A DNA stretch of 64,000 bases from NCBI RefSeq assembly GCF_009834535.1, contig NC_045696.1, positions 98,582,001-98,646,000 of the forward strand. The letters are read 5' to 3'. Position 1 is the first letter of the stretch, and each line of letters starts with the position of its first letter. The stretch comes from Camelus ferus. Its lineage: Eukaryota. The position numbers and the translations under genes were made by a program. A model generated the notes under the pieces. That model was not told the origin of the DNA and searched no databases. It was given only the letters and a program-made list of their open reading frames with translations. Shown here in pieces: positions 1-12,771 of the stretch.

Positions 1-203
1 GTAAAAGCTGCAAGGCTTGTTCTGATCCCCGCCTTGGAAGTTTTAGAACGTCACTTCTACCACATTATATTGTTCAAGTGAGTCTTCCAGGTCAGCCCAG
101 ACTCAAAGGGTGATAACAGACTCTTTTTCTCAGTGAACCAATATCATATGTATACATGGAGGGAAAGTTTTGGTGTGGCCATCTTGGAAATAAATTCTCG
201 CAC
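1..203 (-). mobile_element. MaLR LTR fragment (MLT1J/K-like), truncated by window edge
   Basis: Contains MLT1-type motifs gtcacttctaccacattatattgttcaag, cagcccagactcaaaggg and tggccatcttggaa in antisense orientation. Confidence 0.7.
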
Positions 204-804
204 TCTTCATAAAGTTATTGTGAATATCAGAAGAGCTGACTTCTGTAATACATGATTCACTCAGTAAATGGTGGCTATGACTCTATTACTGCGTGAAAAG
301 GTATTTTTAAAAGAATGTGTTACTTGTAACATGGCATTATTATTATTAGTGGGAAAAGGATATACAATTGCTTTATCCTCTCTTTCAAAAAATTTAAATT
401 CATAAAAACATAATTTCATTTTGTCCCATGCACAAGGTGATTATTTCCACACCTTAGACCAGATAAAACAGTAAACACTGTAGTTTCCCTCCTTATATGA
501 GAAGCCTGAGGCCTAGGATGACAGAACTAATTTCCCAAGTCACAGGCAAATTGTGATAATAACTGATGTGTTCTTGCTACCTTTCAGCTATAATGATTAC
601 ACTGAGGACGGCAAGTGTAGCAAGTCCTTGACCACGCCTTAACCCTCCCTAGTCCCATGACTTGCTCATTAATTATAATACTCTTTGCTGCTGAGGCAAA
701 AGGCAGCCAGAGAATCCTCCTCAACAGTGTTTCGAGCATCCCTACAAATTGTCATGCAGGTCTGTACCTTTACTAGTGTCCACTCACTAACATATATTCA
801 GAAG

Positions 805-1004
805 GAGTCATGATGTAGCACAAAGCAACACACACACACACACACACACACAGTGGCCTGGGAATTAGGAGACCAAGGGTGAAGATGTATTCCTGCTGCT
901 TACTCTTCATGTCACCTTGGACAAATCATCTCACACAACTTTGCATCTCAATTTAATTATCTATATATAGATTTAAGTTTCTGTTCAGCTCTGAAATTTT
1001 ATGA
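805..1004 (+). mobile_element. MIR3-like SINE remnant with embedded (CA)n microsatellite (~828-852)
   Basis: MIR core tgtcaccttggacaaatca and MIR3-type tail ttcagctctgaaattttatga. Confidence 0.65.
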
Positions 1005-1480
1005 AACTTGGAACTTCCATGTAAGCTATTTCAAAAGGATCCTCCTGATACAAAGAGTCTAGAGATGCTTTTGCTGAAAATCCTGATTTATGAGAGACCT
1101 ACAGCCATGCAGGGACAGGAGCAATGTTGTGTTTTTATCTCCGATTTGAATTGAATATAGAAGATTATGAGTCAAAAATGGGATACTGATTTGTTAATTA
1201 GATCAAAAGTGTACATATTTTTGTCTACAGCATGTGAATCAGCCAGTTTGCAAACAGAAACAAAGAAATGACTCAGGGTAACAGGTAGATTTACTTTACA
1301 TCCCTAAGTTACTCAAAGGGAAGATTCTTTAGTATTTGTGCTAGAATGTCAGGTAACCATGAAATGTAAGTATCCATTTGACACATAGATATCTGTTGAA
1401 ATAACAGATGGCAGATGTTCATTAGCTGTTCTTTTATGGTGTCGAAATAGTCAATTCAGTAAATAAAATGTCACTAAATA

Positions 1481-2122
1481 TGTTGTTGGAGAGTATATAG
1501 TAAAGAATTTAACCTAGCCCAACCAGAGGGCTTGGTCTTTGTCCTAGGTTTCAAGGAAGTAATCTCTAAACCTTTGAAATGCCATGACTCTTAGAAGTAC
1601 CTTCATTTGCAGGGGATCTTGAGCCAGCCAGCTAGTAACAATGTGATGTAAGGTGAGGACTTGCAGTCATGGGCTATCAGTTGACCTCTAGAGGGGTTGA
1701 AGACTGAAATCAGCCACATGAGCAAATATGCCTATGTGCTAGAGTCCCAATAAAATGTCTGAACACCAAGGCTTGGTTGCAGTTTCCTGAGTGGCAATAC
1801 TCCATGTGTATTGTCATGCATGGATTTTAAGAAATTGTCACCATCCATGGCTTCACAGGGAAAGGACAATGGAAGCTGTGTATTTAGTACTTCCCCAGAC
1901 TCTGCCCTATGTGCTCCTTCCATATGTGCTCCTTCCCTTGTCTCATATAAATCTGTATACTTTCTTTATAATAAACCATAACCATGAGTATCACAATGTT
2001 CAGTGAGTTCTGTAAGTCCTTTTGGTGGTTTTGGGGACCCTGAAACTTTCTGTTGGCATCAGAAGTGAAGGCTGTCTTATGTGGGCTGTGCTGTCTCTAA
2101 CTTCAGTTCCCTAACCATCACA
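1481..2122 (+). mobile_element. MER21-family solo LTR
   Basis: TG...CA termini, MER21-type motifs (taaagaattt, ccaataaaa, gtgagttctgt, ggggaccc, cagaagtga), AATAAA near 1970, flanks aata/gata. Confidence 0.75.
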
Positions 2123-2139
2123 GATAGACGGTATTGATC

Positions 2140-2890
2140 TTCTGTTAGTTACCCATGACTATGAGCACTTGGATATGGAGAATGTCACTGAGGAAGTGAA
2201 CTTTAAGTTGTATTTAATTTTAATCAACTTAAATTTAAAAATGAAAGCAGTATAAATTGTTTTATATTGATTACAGGTTGAAATAATACTATTTTGTATA
2301 TGTTGGGTTAAATAATATATATTTTTAAAATTAAATTCATTTGTTTCTGTGTTAGGCTAAATAATTGCCTCCAAAGATGTCTAGGTCCTAATCTCAGGAA
2401 CATGTGAAGATTACCTTATATGGCAAAAGGGATTTGTCAGTGTGATTAAATTGAAGATCTTGAGATGGCTATATTATCCCAGATTATTCCTAATAATAGG
2501 CCTAGTGTAATCTCAAGGGCCTTTACAGTAAGGCAACAGGAGCTCACAATGAGCAGTAGGAGATGTGACCATGGAAGCAAAAATTTGGAGTGATGTGAAA
2601 ATGGGGCCATGAGCCAAGGAACGCACAGGGCCCCTGGAAGCTGAAAAAACAAGGAAATAGCTTTTCCCCTGAGAGCTTCCAGAAGGACCCAGCCCTGTCA
2701 AACCTTGATTTTAACCCTGTAAAACTCATTTCAGATTTCTAACCTCCAGAACTGTAAGCAAATTAATTTGTGTTGTTTTAAGCCACTAAATATGTGCTAA
2801 TTTTTTATAGCAGCAATAGGAAACTAATACAACTTCTTATTTTTTTAAAATGTGGCTACTGTAAACTTTTAAATTGCATGTATGCCTTAC
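2140..2890. mobile_element. hAT-Charlie MITE (MER33/MER3-like), split by an MLT1D LTR
   Basis: Motifs gagcacttg, actgaggaa...tttaattttaat...ttaaatttaaa, ttgaaataata...tgttgggttaaataa; resumes after 2831 with aatgtggctact. Confidence 0.7.
2348..2831 (+). mobile_element. MaLR solo LTR (MLT1D-like)
   Basis: Starts tgtgttaggc, ends ggaaactaataca; motifs ccttatatggcaaaagggattt, aacctccagaactgtaag, tgttgttttaagccactaa; degenerate 5-bp TSD gtttc/acttc. Confidence 0.88.
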
Positions 2891-3379
2891 ATCCTCCTAA
2901 TAAATCTAGATCCCAATTCACTAAAAATAAAAAACAAACAAACAAAAAAAACAGAAAAACTCAAGGTCAGGAGCTGAGCTCAATGAGATTGAAAACAGGA
3001 AGCTATTGAAAGTTTCTGAAGAGGGCAATGATGTGATGAAAAAGGTGATTTAGGAAGATTCTTATAGAAATATTTTGCATATGGTTTAAAGAAGGGGTTG
3101 CTGAGGTGAATAATCAATGAACAAGGATATATTAGCTATACTCTAAGCAGGAGCTATAGAGGACTGGCTGAGTAGAACAATTAAGGGGCTTAGAAAACCT
3201 AGCCTAGAGAACCCCAGGCTGCTAATGTATTTCCTAACCGTGACATTCTGTTTTTTATTTAATGGAGACTTTTAATGTAGCATTCTAAAGATTAGTCAAA
3301 TGATTCAGCCAGGTTCAGCTCTATTATTAATACGATTATAGGCATACTTTAAATACCTCCTTATATTTCTAGAGGTTGG

Positions 3380-3600
3380 TAATAGTTTAGTACAAAAGAT
3401 ACCAGCTTTGGAATCAACATGGTTTGAATTCAAATTCTGCCACTTACCTGCAAGTTACATGACTTCTACTAGTTCCAGTTTCCTCACATAAAAATGGCAT
3501 CTTTAATACCTATCACAAGATGTTGTTTTGAAGATTAAAGTAGAAATAATATACTTAAATACAGAGCATATCATAGTAAGGTTCAGGAGAGTGCAATAGT
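3380..3600 (+). mobile_element. MIR SINE
   Basis: gctttggaatca...ggtttgaattcaaattctgccacttac...cagtttcctcacataaaaatgg...tgaagattaaa. Confidence 0.8.
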
Positions 3601-3939
3601 ATTTCATTTGATTAAATTCCATGAATTCAATTATCTTGGCTCTGCGAAAACAGAAAGAGAAGGAGAGGATTTCCCCTGGTTCACATTAGACTAATCACCA
3701 CTATTCCAGGGGAGGCTACAACTAAAATGCAAAGGGAAACATAAGGAAATAATTCTTGGTCTTTGACTTTATAAAGATCTAAGTTCTAAGAGTTAAAGTG
3801 CAGCATAATGGCTTTTCACTGGTAATGTTGACTTTACCAGATTCTGTTGCCTTATTTGCTGACGTTAAAACCCAACCCCTGAATAAATCCTGTATAAATG
3901 TAACTCCACTGTAAATGTGTTGTATGTGTTCAATTTCAG

Positions 3940-4525
3940 ATCGTCTCTAAGGTGCATGCTCAAGAAAAGAGCTTAAATCCTATTATAGTCAATACCAATA
4001 TGGTCGTTGGATATGCCTACCTACATTTAACCATCAGTACATTGCACTTGTCATCCTCCAGTATTGGTGATGGTGAAGTGACCTCAGTTAAGAGACACCA
4101 TCTTGCAGATGAATGAGGTATATTCATCTGCTATATATATATATTCCTCTGTTTCAAAGGCACCTTGATCATTAAATGACTTATTATACTGAATTGAACC
4201 AGGAAGATTTTATTTTCCCAAAGGTGAATAAATACCTAACATTTGCCAGCCAATTCTTTATGATTAGGTATAAAGTAGGTGCTGTTTGAGCAGATACACT
4301 GCCATATCATCTAATGTAGTCATTTTACTTCTCTTCATACTTTTATTGTGTTTTATACACAGATAATATATGTATCTCTTGATTTGCTTTGTTAGAGACT
4401 GTAAATGAAACTTCACAAAACCATTTTGAAAATCATGGAGTGAAACAAGAGTTGGAAACATTTTTTTCCTCCTTATCATCATTGTTGCTTTCCGTTGAAT
4501 AAATGTACATTTCTTGCTGACTGCA
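3940..4525 (+). other. Candidate terminal exon/3' UTR of an unidentified transcript
   Basis: Acceptor tgtgttcaatttcag ending 3939; repeat-free sequence; stops in all three frames (phase-0 frame open to TGA 4114-4116); AATAAA at 4227-4232 and 4498-4503. Confidence 0.35.
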
Positions 4526-7500
4526 AAGAAAGCCATTAAAAAGCTGTTCCCAGCTAAAAGGTTTCAACACATAGGGAATTATATCACTTGCTTTATTTCC
4601 CCCACTTAGCAGAGACAGACATGGCTGTAAGAGCCAAATCAAAGAATATTTGTTTGAATGACCTGTAACCACTGCTGCTGTTGTCCGTGGAAGTTGTGAA
4701 CCCTTCTACACCCTTAAAACCTTCTACCTGGAAAACCTCATGTGCTGCTTTCAGTTTAAGCACAATTATTAGAATGCGAATGTTAAAGTAAAAGAATGGA
4801 TAAATATTGCATTACTAAGTCTTTCAACTGTGAAAGCTATATGACGGTTCAAAATGCAATCTGAATAACAAATATCAAATATAAGTGGTAGAAAATAAAC
4901 AAACAAAAACTCCATTAATATCAGGCGTGAGCCAGAACAACCTAGAGTAGGAAGATGGGAGGTCCTAGAAATTAGTGACGTTGTCACATGATGTTTTCCT
5001 CTGCACTTCAGAGCTTCCTGATAAAAAAAATTCAGGTGAATATCTCTCTCCCATCTCATTTGGGACACACTGCTTGAATTCTAATTTTAAAATAATGGAA
5101 GAACTTTACAAACCGGTGTGTTTCTAACAGTGACTAATTTACTCAGCTTAACAAAACATTTAACTCCGGTTGTCAGGCAACTGGTCTATTTTTACACCTC
5201 TGCAGACACTGCGCTGATGCAGGTGATTCAAGAACAATAATATTAGCATGGCCTTTTAGAGTTTACAAAAGGCTTTCACCTAAATTCTCATTTAATCTTC
5301 ACAATAATTTTACGAGGTGGTCAGTGAGGTGGTCAGAGCCACTGGTTTCCAGGGGATAATATGGAATTGATTTATCATCATATACTCTCTTTCTCTGCCA
5401 ATTTGACTCCTTGGAGCCATCCTTTTTCCTAAAAGATACTTTCCTGGAAATGAACATTCATCCTCTCAGGACAGTTTCCCCTTAGGTTGCTTTTCAGTGT
5501 GCAGTAACATTGATGTACTCATTTCTCTTAAAATACAATATAAGAAATAAAACCTGTAAGCCAGGTCTCCAGGAAGAGTTGACTAGCATGCAAACAAGAA
5601 ATAACCTCAACTGTGTGGACTTGGCAAGAAGTGGGATATGTTTCTAGGCAAGGATTTTTCTAAGTTAGCACCTTCTAGTTCTTAGATATTATGGTTACAT
5701 TGAATTTGGGAATGGTAAGGAGAGAGCTCAGGATCCTCCATCCTTCACAAAATGTGTTTATTATTATTTGAATGTGTTTTTAAAATTAAATTTTACAGTA
5801 AGAAAAACAGCAGTAGTTTAAATTAGCCTGAGAGCTGTGTTGCTCTGGCTGAATGCCTCTCTTTTTTTTTTTTTTTCCACAAAGTCAGAAAGCTGACCAC
5901 AATACTTCCCACTCCAGAAAAATAAAATCAAAAGAAGGTTAACTGATTGGGTTGCTAAAAGATTAGCGTGGGTGGAAATGAATGGTTTGGAATTCAGTTT
6001 GGTTTGGGTAAGCAAAATTGTTTTTCTTAAATCTCTAGAATTGATGAAATTGGGTTTTCTTTACCTCCAGTTCTATTTAGAAGTAGGTAATGCAGAAGTA
6101 ACTGTTTGCAAAATCAAACGCATACATGTATTTAAATTAATTACAAAAGGAAGTGTTTTATGAATCTTAAGAGTGGAAATTAAAAGTTTCAGCTTATTCT
6201 AGCTTTATTCAAAACTGTTTTCATAGCATTATGAAGAAAAAAATAAATGATTCAGGTACAGTTTAAAGTTGATCACATTTGTCAAAATGTAAATAGTATT
6301 ATTTTTTCTTATTACAAAAATAATGCAGTATTTTGTGAATATTTCAGAGAGTATTAAATAAGTATAAAAAACGAAGTGTATAGAGATACTATAAAATGAA
6401 GAAAATAACCAATTATCCCACAATATAGGAATAACTCTGGTAATATTTTGTTATAATTTTTCCAAAATTTCTACGTCTTCTACATTTTGCAAATTTGTCA
6501 TTGAGTCACAGGCTTGAGTATTCATAGTGCAGTACGGGGTCAATAAGAGACAGAAACGTAAAGAAGCAGAAGGGAGTCCATAAGAAGTAGCAGCATTTAA
6601 GGCCAAGACAAGTTTCACGTTACAAATCAAACAAGAGTTTAAAAGCAGGTGAAGGTATGGTACCATCTGCTCTTATTCCAGATGGACCTGGTTGAAAAAC
6701 AGGACGCTTTATCTTGTGAATATGAAATGTCTGAGAGCAGGTAAAGCTTGAGTTAAAGAAAAGCACAAAATCTCATAACATTTTAAAGAGCTGTAGCAGG
6801 GGGTTATCCTCTTCTATTATTGAGTACTTTTAAATTTACAAACCACAGACCTAATAAATTATTACCTGATTTTATTTTTGAACCAAATACCTAAGCTTAG
6901 AGTTTATCAACTTAGGTAGGGGAAAGCACATCTTTTACAAAGACTGACAATAGACTCCAACCTTATGACAAGCTCCTAAGCAAGGGTTTACTGAGAAGAT
7001 TTTATTCTCAGAGATTTCATTCTCTTTATGGTAGTCAGCTAGTCCTTTCTTGCACGTACTGGGTTCTGTCATGACCTGGGCACTCTGCAGGAATCGTCTC
7101 TTTGGCTAGCCCTGAATCCCCAGGGGGCCCCACAGTGGACTCTGCCCTCCTCTTTAGTGTTCCACTTGCCATCACCCACCTCTCTTTCAGTCATACTAGC
7201 AAATGGACTAACTCTTCCACTGAATGGGAGTGATTAATTGAGTTGACATAGTTGACCAGCTATCCCCTTCACCTTCTACAAAGTGGTGTATTTTGTGAAT
7301 ATCAAAGGAGAAAAACAGCATCATGTGGTCATATGGCTTTTCCCATCTTTGGTGTCAAAACTGAGCAGATCATTAATTGATACAGAGTATGAGGTCAAAT
7401 ATTGATCCTTCAGGACTACAGGTTACAACAAAGGATGGATGGCCTACCACAAAAGAAAGAGCCTCAGGGAACAGCAGGATGTGGTGGCTAGTTTTGTAAT

Positions 7501-7929
7501 CAGGGGCAATTTACAATGTAGGAAGTCATAGGACTCTATCCGTCACTGGTCAAGGTATTTTTTCAGGGCCTGCCAAAAAGCCTTTTGGACTTGGTTTATA
7601 CCCTGGGACAGTGGAAGAGGATACCCTGAGTTACTCACTAGCAATCCCCTGACTCAAATATGTAGCAAATAAACATTGTAAATGCAAATGACTCTAATGA
7701 AGCAAATCACCATTTTATCATGAGGAAGGCATCTTTTGCCATTGGTACTTTTCAAAATGATTATGTACTAATATATCCGAGAGGAGGATGGACTCAGTCC
7801 CAAATGCTGCAGGTTACAAATTTAGTTGCTCTTTTTCACATGTTGAAAATACTGAATTAGCCCTATTTGTGAAAAATGACTTACTTATAAAAAATTTCTC
7901 TGCTGTCTGAATAAAATTTGGCCTTCCTC

Positions 7930-9280
7930 CTCTTTGAAATTAATCCTTCCTTTGCATCTTTATTCCAACACTGCCTACATCCTTAAAAGCTTTATTCCTT
8001 TAATTATGCTCTTTCTTTTGTATCTTTAACCTTTTCCTCTTCATAGGTTGCATTTACCCTCCCTGTAAACACGTCAGGTTTCCCTTTCCCTAACAAACCT
8101 TTTTCCATAACCCTTTTAATGTACTGTTTTATGTCTCATTGTGTCTTCATCACCATGCTTCTAGGTAGAGTGCTGGACCTTCATTGTTTACTCTTTCTTG
8201 TAGCTGATGAATTCCTTCTGGCTTGAACACCTGGCACTCCCTGGATTTGCTCCTCTGAAGGTTACTGATGCCTGTGAAGCACCAGACCCAACTCTGTTCT
8301 TGGTCCTCGCCCTCCATGGTGTCATTTGACTCTTCTGATTAAACCCTACTTCTGTCCTCCCTTGGCTTCCATGACTCCACAGCTCTGAAGTCTTCTCCTG
8401 CCTCTCTGGTGGGTCCTCTTCTCTGTTACTGAATTCTCTACCAATCCTGTACTTGAAATTTGTATGTCTCTCTCTGTCTTTTTCTGGTAGGTTTGGCCAA
8501 ATCATTTTCATTTTCAGTTTTACATAGATAATGCCTAAATCAATATCTTTAGTTCCATTCTGAACTAGACAGACAGACACACTGACAGACAGACACACAC
8601 ACACACACACACACACTTCCAGTTTCTGGCTACGTATCAAACATTAATTCTGCAGCTCCCCAGGTCAGATAAGTTTTCCTCTAAATTTTGAACCTGTTTG
8701 CATTAGCGGCTCGTCTGTCTTCCCAATAGCGGAAACTAAAAAATTAGAAAGCATCCCCTATTATTTAGGCACCTAAATCCAACCAGAGCTAAATCCCGAC
8801 AGCGTTACCTATCTCTGGTCTCTCTCCTTTTCGTCCCTGTTATTAATTTCCTGGTTACGCTGCTCATTACTCCTAACCCGGTCGAAATATATTGTCAACC
8901 ACCTGATTTATAGGCCACTTTTTTGACCTTCCCCAGTCCATCCCAGATACCACCAGAATATCAAGATCTCTTAAATGTGACTGGGATCTCTTCATTTTCC
9001 TACTCAAAAATTTTCACTGTCCTCCACGGCCTATTGAATCCTTTAAAATGCTCTCATTTAATTGTATAACATCCCATACGATTTATTCATGAGACTCCTA
9101 TGACAAACATCACTTTCTATTACACCATCTCTTAGAGCCAGTCATGTCTGTCTCTTTTTTTTTTTTTTTACTAGAATGGAAGCTTCTTTAGAACAAAAAT
9201 CATGACTTTAAGCTGTTTGATCCCTGACTATACCTAGTATCATATGGCTTATACAAAGCAAACGTTCAATACATTGAAGA
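7930..9280 (+). mobile_element. L2 LINE 3' remnant
   Basis: Pyrimidine-rich L2 motifs (cccttggcttccatgactcca, ctagaatggaagctt, gttcaatacattgaa at the 3' end). Confidence 0.75.
8566..8616. repeat. Compound (GACA)n/(CA)n microsatellite
   Basis: agacagacagacac...acacacacac directly visible; explains the VCVCVC ORF 8188-8640. Confidence 0.95.
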
Positions 9281-9439
9281 TATGCATTAAGAATATTTTA
9301 TGCATTTAGAGAATGGAAAATTGAATCTAAGCAAGGGAGCATTCAAATAAGTTAACTGTCTTATTCGATGTCAATAAAATTTTGACAATGGAAAGAAAAT
9401 GTATTTTCTTAACTACCTCATTACACTCATTCTATACCT

Positions 9440-9785
9440 GATACTTGAAAAAAAAATCAACATTTTAATAATAAAAAAGCAAATTAAAATGACATATCTT
9501 TTAATAGTTTCAAATTAGAAAAATAAAAAATAGATAGTCCCAGATATTGATGAGGATTCCAAAATATCACTTTATTATACTGTTAATGAGATAATGTTTG
9601 ATGTGAATTTATTATTTAAATTATAACAATATAATTAAAAGCCTTAAAAATTAAAAAAAAACTCTGTTTGACCCAGAAAATCCACTTCTATGAATATATC
9701 CTATTGGAAAAACGATTGTGCTCAAGCATTTAGCTCTCAAGATGTTTATTATAACAGCTCCAGTAACATAAAATTGGAAATAAAA
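9440..9785 (+). mobile_element. Old L1 (L1ME-like) fragment
   Basis: tttgacccagaaaatccacttctatgaatatatcct and aagatgtttattataacagc match the L1 ORF2 C-terminal region. Confidence 0.65.
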
Positions 9786-11880
9786 ATGAGAGGCATAAGA
9801 TTGAAAGGGAAGAGATAAAACTGTCATTATTTGCTGGTGATATGTTCAGCTATGTAGATAACCCAAGAGATCAACAGGCAAGTTATTAGTTCTAATGAGA
9901 AAATTGAACAGGCTTGCTGAATACAAGATCAGCTAACAAAAATCAATAACCTTTTTCTATGGCAATAATAATAACTAGCTATAAAATATGGGGGACAATG
10001 ATATGCCATTTATAACAGCAAAATGATGAGTGAAATGTCTGTGGGAGAGTGATTTGAAGAAATATAAACATATTGTGACTCACCCTCAGATAATAAGATA
10101 TATTTCAGTTGCAGTACAGGCATAACACTGGACAAAATGGACCAAGAAAGAGAAGAGAGGATTCAAAAATAGACCTGTAAATATAAGAATTGATAAGTAA
10201 AGATGGCAACACAAACCAATAGGGAAAGAATAAATTATTTAGAAGTTATTGGAAAAACTGGTACACTATATGGGATGGAAAGTTTGAATCCCTTTCTTAC
10301 ATCATATATAAAAGTGTACTCCACATGGATTGAAGACCTAAATGGGAAAGAAGAAAATTATAAAATTAATAGAAGAAAATGTAGGCAAATATCCTAGCAG
10401 CTTTGAAGTGAGGAACGATTGTTTATAGAAGACTGCAAAAATATGAATCATACTAATGCAGGAAAACAGATGTGGGGCGTGAGAAGGGCTGTGTCCCAGG
10501 CTTTGGTTGAGCCCCTGGGACATGCCCCGCCAAGTGTGGGTCCTTGGCTTTGTGCAGGAAGGAATTCAAGAGCGAGCCACAGTTGAGTGAAGGTAGATTT
10601 ATTCAGAGAGATACATTGAAAGGCAGGAGAAATGTCACGAGGTGTGGGGGTTGGGTGCTCAGATTAAAAGTAGGTACACATTCCTTAGACAGAAGATGGG
10701 CCATCTCTGAACAGGGAGAGAGAGGGAGAGGCAGCTGTGAGGCCAGTCTTTATGAGCTTGGTGGCTTCATATGCTAATGAGTGGAAGGACCAGTCTAGCT
10801 AGCCTGAGGAAGGGGCTGGGATTCCCAGGATGTTGGCCATCTCCCACTTTGACCTTTTGTGGCTAGCCTTGGGACCACCATGGGGCTCTGGACATGTTAT
10901 TCATCATGTTACTATATTACAATGAGTGTATAATGAAGCTAAAGATTGTTAGAAGTTAAATCTCCCATCATCTTGAGCCTCACAATACATAGAAAAAAAT
11001 AGTTGATTTAAGTATATCAAATTAAAAGGATATTTCAATGAAAGACCCCTTAAACAAAAGTAACAGATGATTGTAGATAGGGAAAAGGTATTGTCTAAGA
11101 ACAACAAGAGGTAAATACATAAACTATACGAAGAATTGTCTGCAAATCAAGAAGGCAGTAAACTCAGTCCAGAAATGGACAAAAGATAGGAATTGTCAAC
11201 TCACAAATAGAGAAAACTAAATGGCTAACAAGAATAAGAGGTGTTTCCATTCATCAACAATCAAAGCATGCAAATTACAATAAGGATAAAATACCACTTT
11301 GCACCTCTCAAATTGTAAAGCTTAGAAACTGGAAAACATTAAGGATTATCAATTATGTTGTGAAATACCCAGATAGGTGGCATTCCCTACACCACTGGCT
11401 CAGCTGTTGTGGAGAACAATCTGGTTAGATTTAGTGGCGTTGTAACAGTCTTTAATCTACACTCCCATTCATTTGTGAATACTCCAGAGATTCTCTTGTG
11501 TAAATCCCTAAAGGGACATGAAGCATTGTTTGTGGAAAAAGGGAATTAGAGTCAACCTAGAGTATCTATGACTCCAGGAATTGATAAGTAGAGATGGGTG
11601 AATCTTATAGAATATTACACAATACTTAGAAGTCATTAACTAGATACACAGACAGCCATACACATAGCTGTTTAACAATAATGTTGAGTAAAGTTCAAGA
11701 GTAGACTCTCTAACACTATGCCATTTATGTATATTAATTACTATATGTTTTATAAGGATGAAGATGTATCTTAGTATATAGAACAAACACAATAGAGTGG
11801 GTGCAATGGGAAAGGGGCGATGGAAATAGAATTTGGTATAAAATAAAAGTAAATAAATATTTTAAAATAGGGGTTTTGCA
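9786..11880 (+). mobile_element. Old L1 (L1M) ORF2/3' UTR remnant, internally deleted, interrupted by an ERV1 LTR
   Basis: From 9809 translates EEIKLSLFAGDMFSYVDNP (degenerate L1 RT FADDM motif); later L1 motifs ataccactttgcacc and gcattgtttgtgg. Confidence 0.85.
10454..10984 (-). mobile_element. Young ERV1-class solo LTR (531 bp)
   Basis: Perfect 4-bp TSD ATAC (10450-10453 / 10985-10988); minus strand starts TGTGAGG; AATAAA (plus TTTATT 10598-10603) followed by ctcgctcttgaattccttcctg typical of ERV1 R/U5; CpGs retained. Confidence 0.85.
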
Positions 11881-11945
11881 AGGCATCGGCTGGGATAATA
11901 AAATATGAATGAAGAAATATGGTAAACCTAAGTTTCTACTTCAGG

Positions 11946-12660
11946 TGCAGTGTAATAAAGAATTTGGCAGTTGTCCCTGGTTCCTGGAAGTTAACTCTAA
12001 GTGCTTGGAATTTCCCAAGTGATAGGAATGTATGTTATTCATGGTGGGACCCTAAGTGGTTTATGCTGCTGAGATGACTCAGGATGGCTTGGCCATGTCA
12101 GAAGGATCAACCACATTACTGTAGGTCTAGGACATCAAGCCTTGTGACATGAGCCTGACCTCCTGGGCTAGGAGGATGGCTGGAGATGGAGTTTAACTCC
12201 ATGACTGATCATTCAAGCAATCAGGCGCATGTAATGAAATCCCAGTAAAACTCAGGTGAACTTCCCTGGTCAGCAATACGCTTTGCTGTCACACACTGGT
12301 GTGCCTGGAGGGTGATGCATCCCTGAGGATGATGGAAGCGTCTTATTTGGAACCTTCCCAAACTTGTCCTTATGCATCTTTCCCTTTGGCTGGTTCTGAT
12401 TTGTATTCTTTTGCTGTAATAAAACTGGAATAAGTGTAGCTCTGTATTTAGTTCTGTAAATCATTCTAGGAAATTACAGAACCTGAGCTGCTAGTGGGAA
12501 TTCCCAAATTTGTAGCTAACTGATGAGAAGTGGGGTGGCTGGGGTGGTGTAGAGAACCCTGAACTTGTGGCTGATTTCTGAAGTGAAGGCATTATTGTGG
12601 AGGGTTATGCTTTTCTCTTGTGAAGTCTGGCCTAACTCAGACTGTGACAGAAGGCATCAC
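11946..12660 (+). mobile_element. MER21-family solo LTR (second copy, MER21C-like)
   Basis: taaagaatttgg, ttggaatttcccaagtgatagg, atgtaatgaaatcccagtaaaactc, gtaataaaactg, gaacctgag. Confidence 0.75.
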
Positions 12661-12771
12661 AGATGTCTACAGCAACAAGGAAACCATGGAATACCTAACA
12701 GTGGGGTGTTAATGAAATGGATGGAATACCTTAATTCATTGAGCATTAAGATGATCCATAATAGTATGGTG

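Noticed and set aside
7332..7352. miR-135-like 5' sequence tatggcttttc
   Set aside because: The match stops after about 11 nt and no complementary hairpin arm is evident
8188..8640. Longest ORF in the track (150 aa)
   Set aside because: Antisense to an L2 remnant and begins in a microsatellite; no protein similarity
1481..12660. Two same-orientation MER21-like LTRs ~10 kb apart as a full provirus
   Set aside because: The interior is MIR, L2, L1 and unique DNA with no gag/pol/env trace, and the two LTRs are quite divergent, so these are independent solo LTRs
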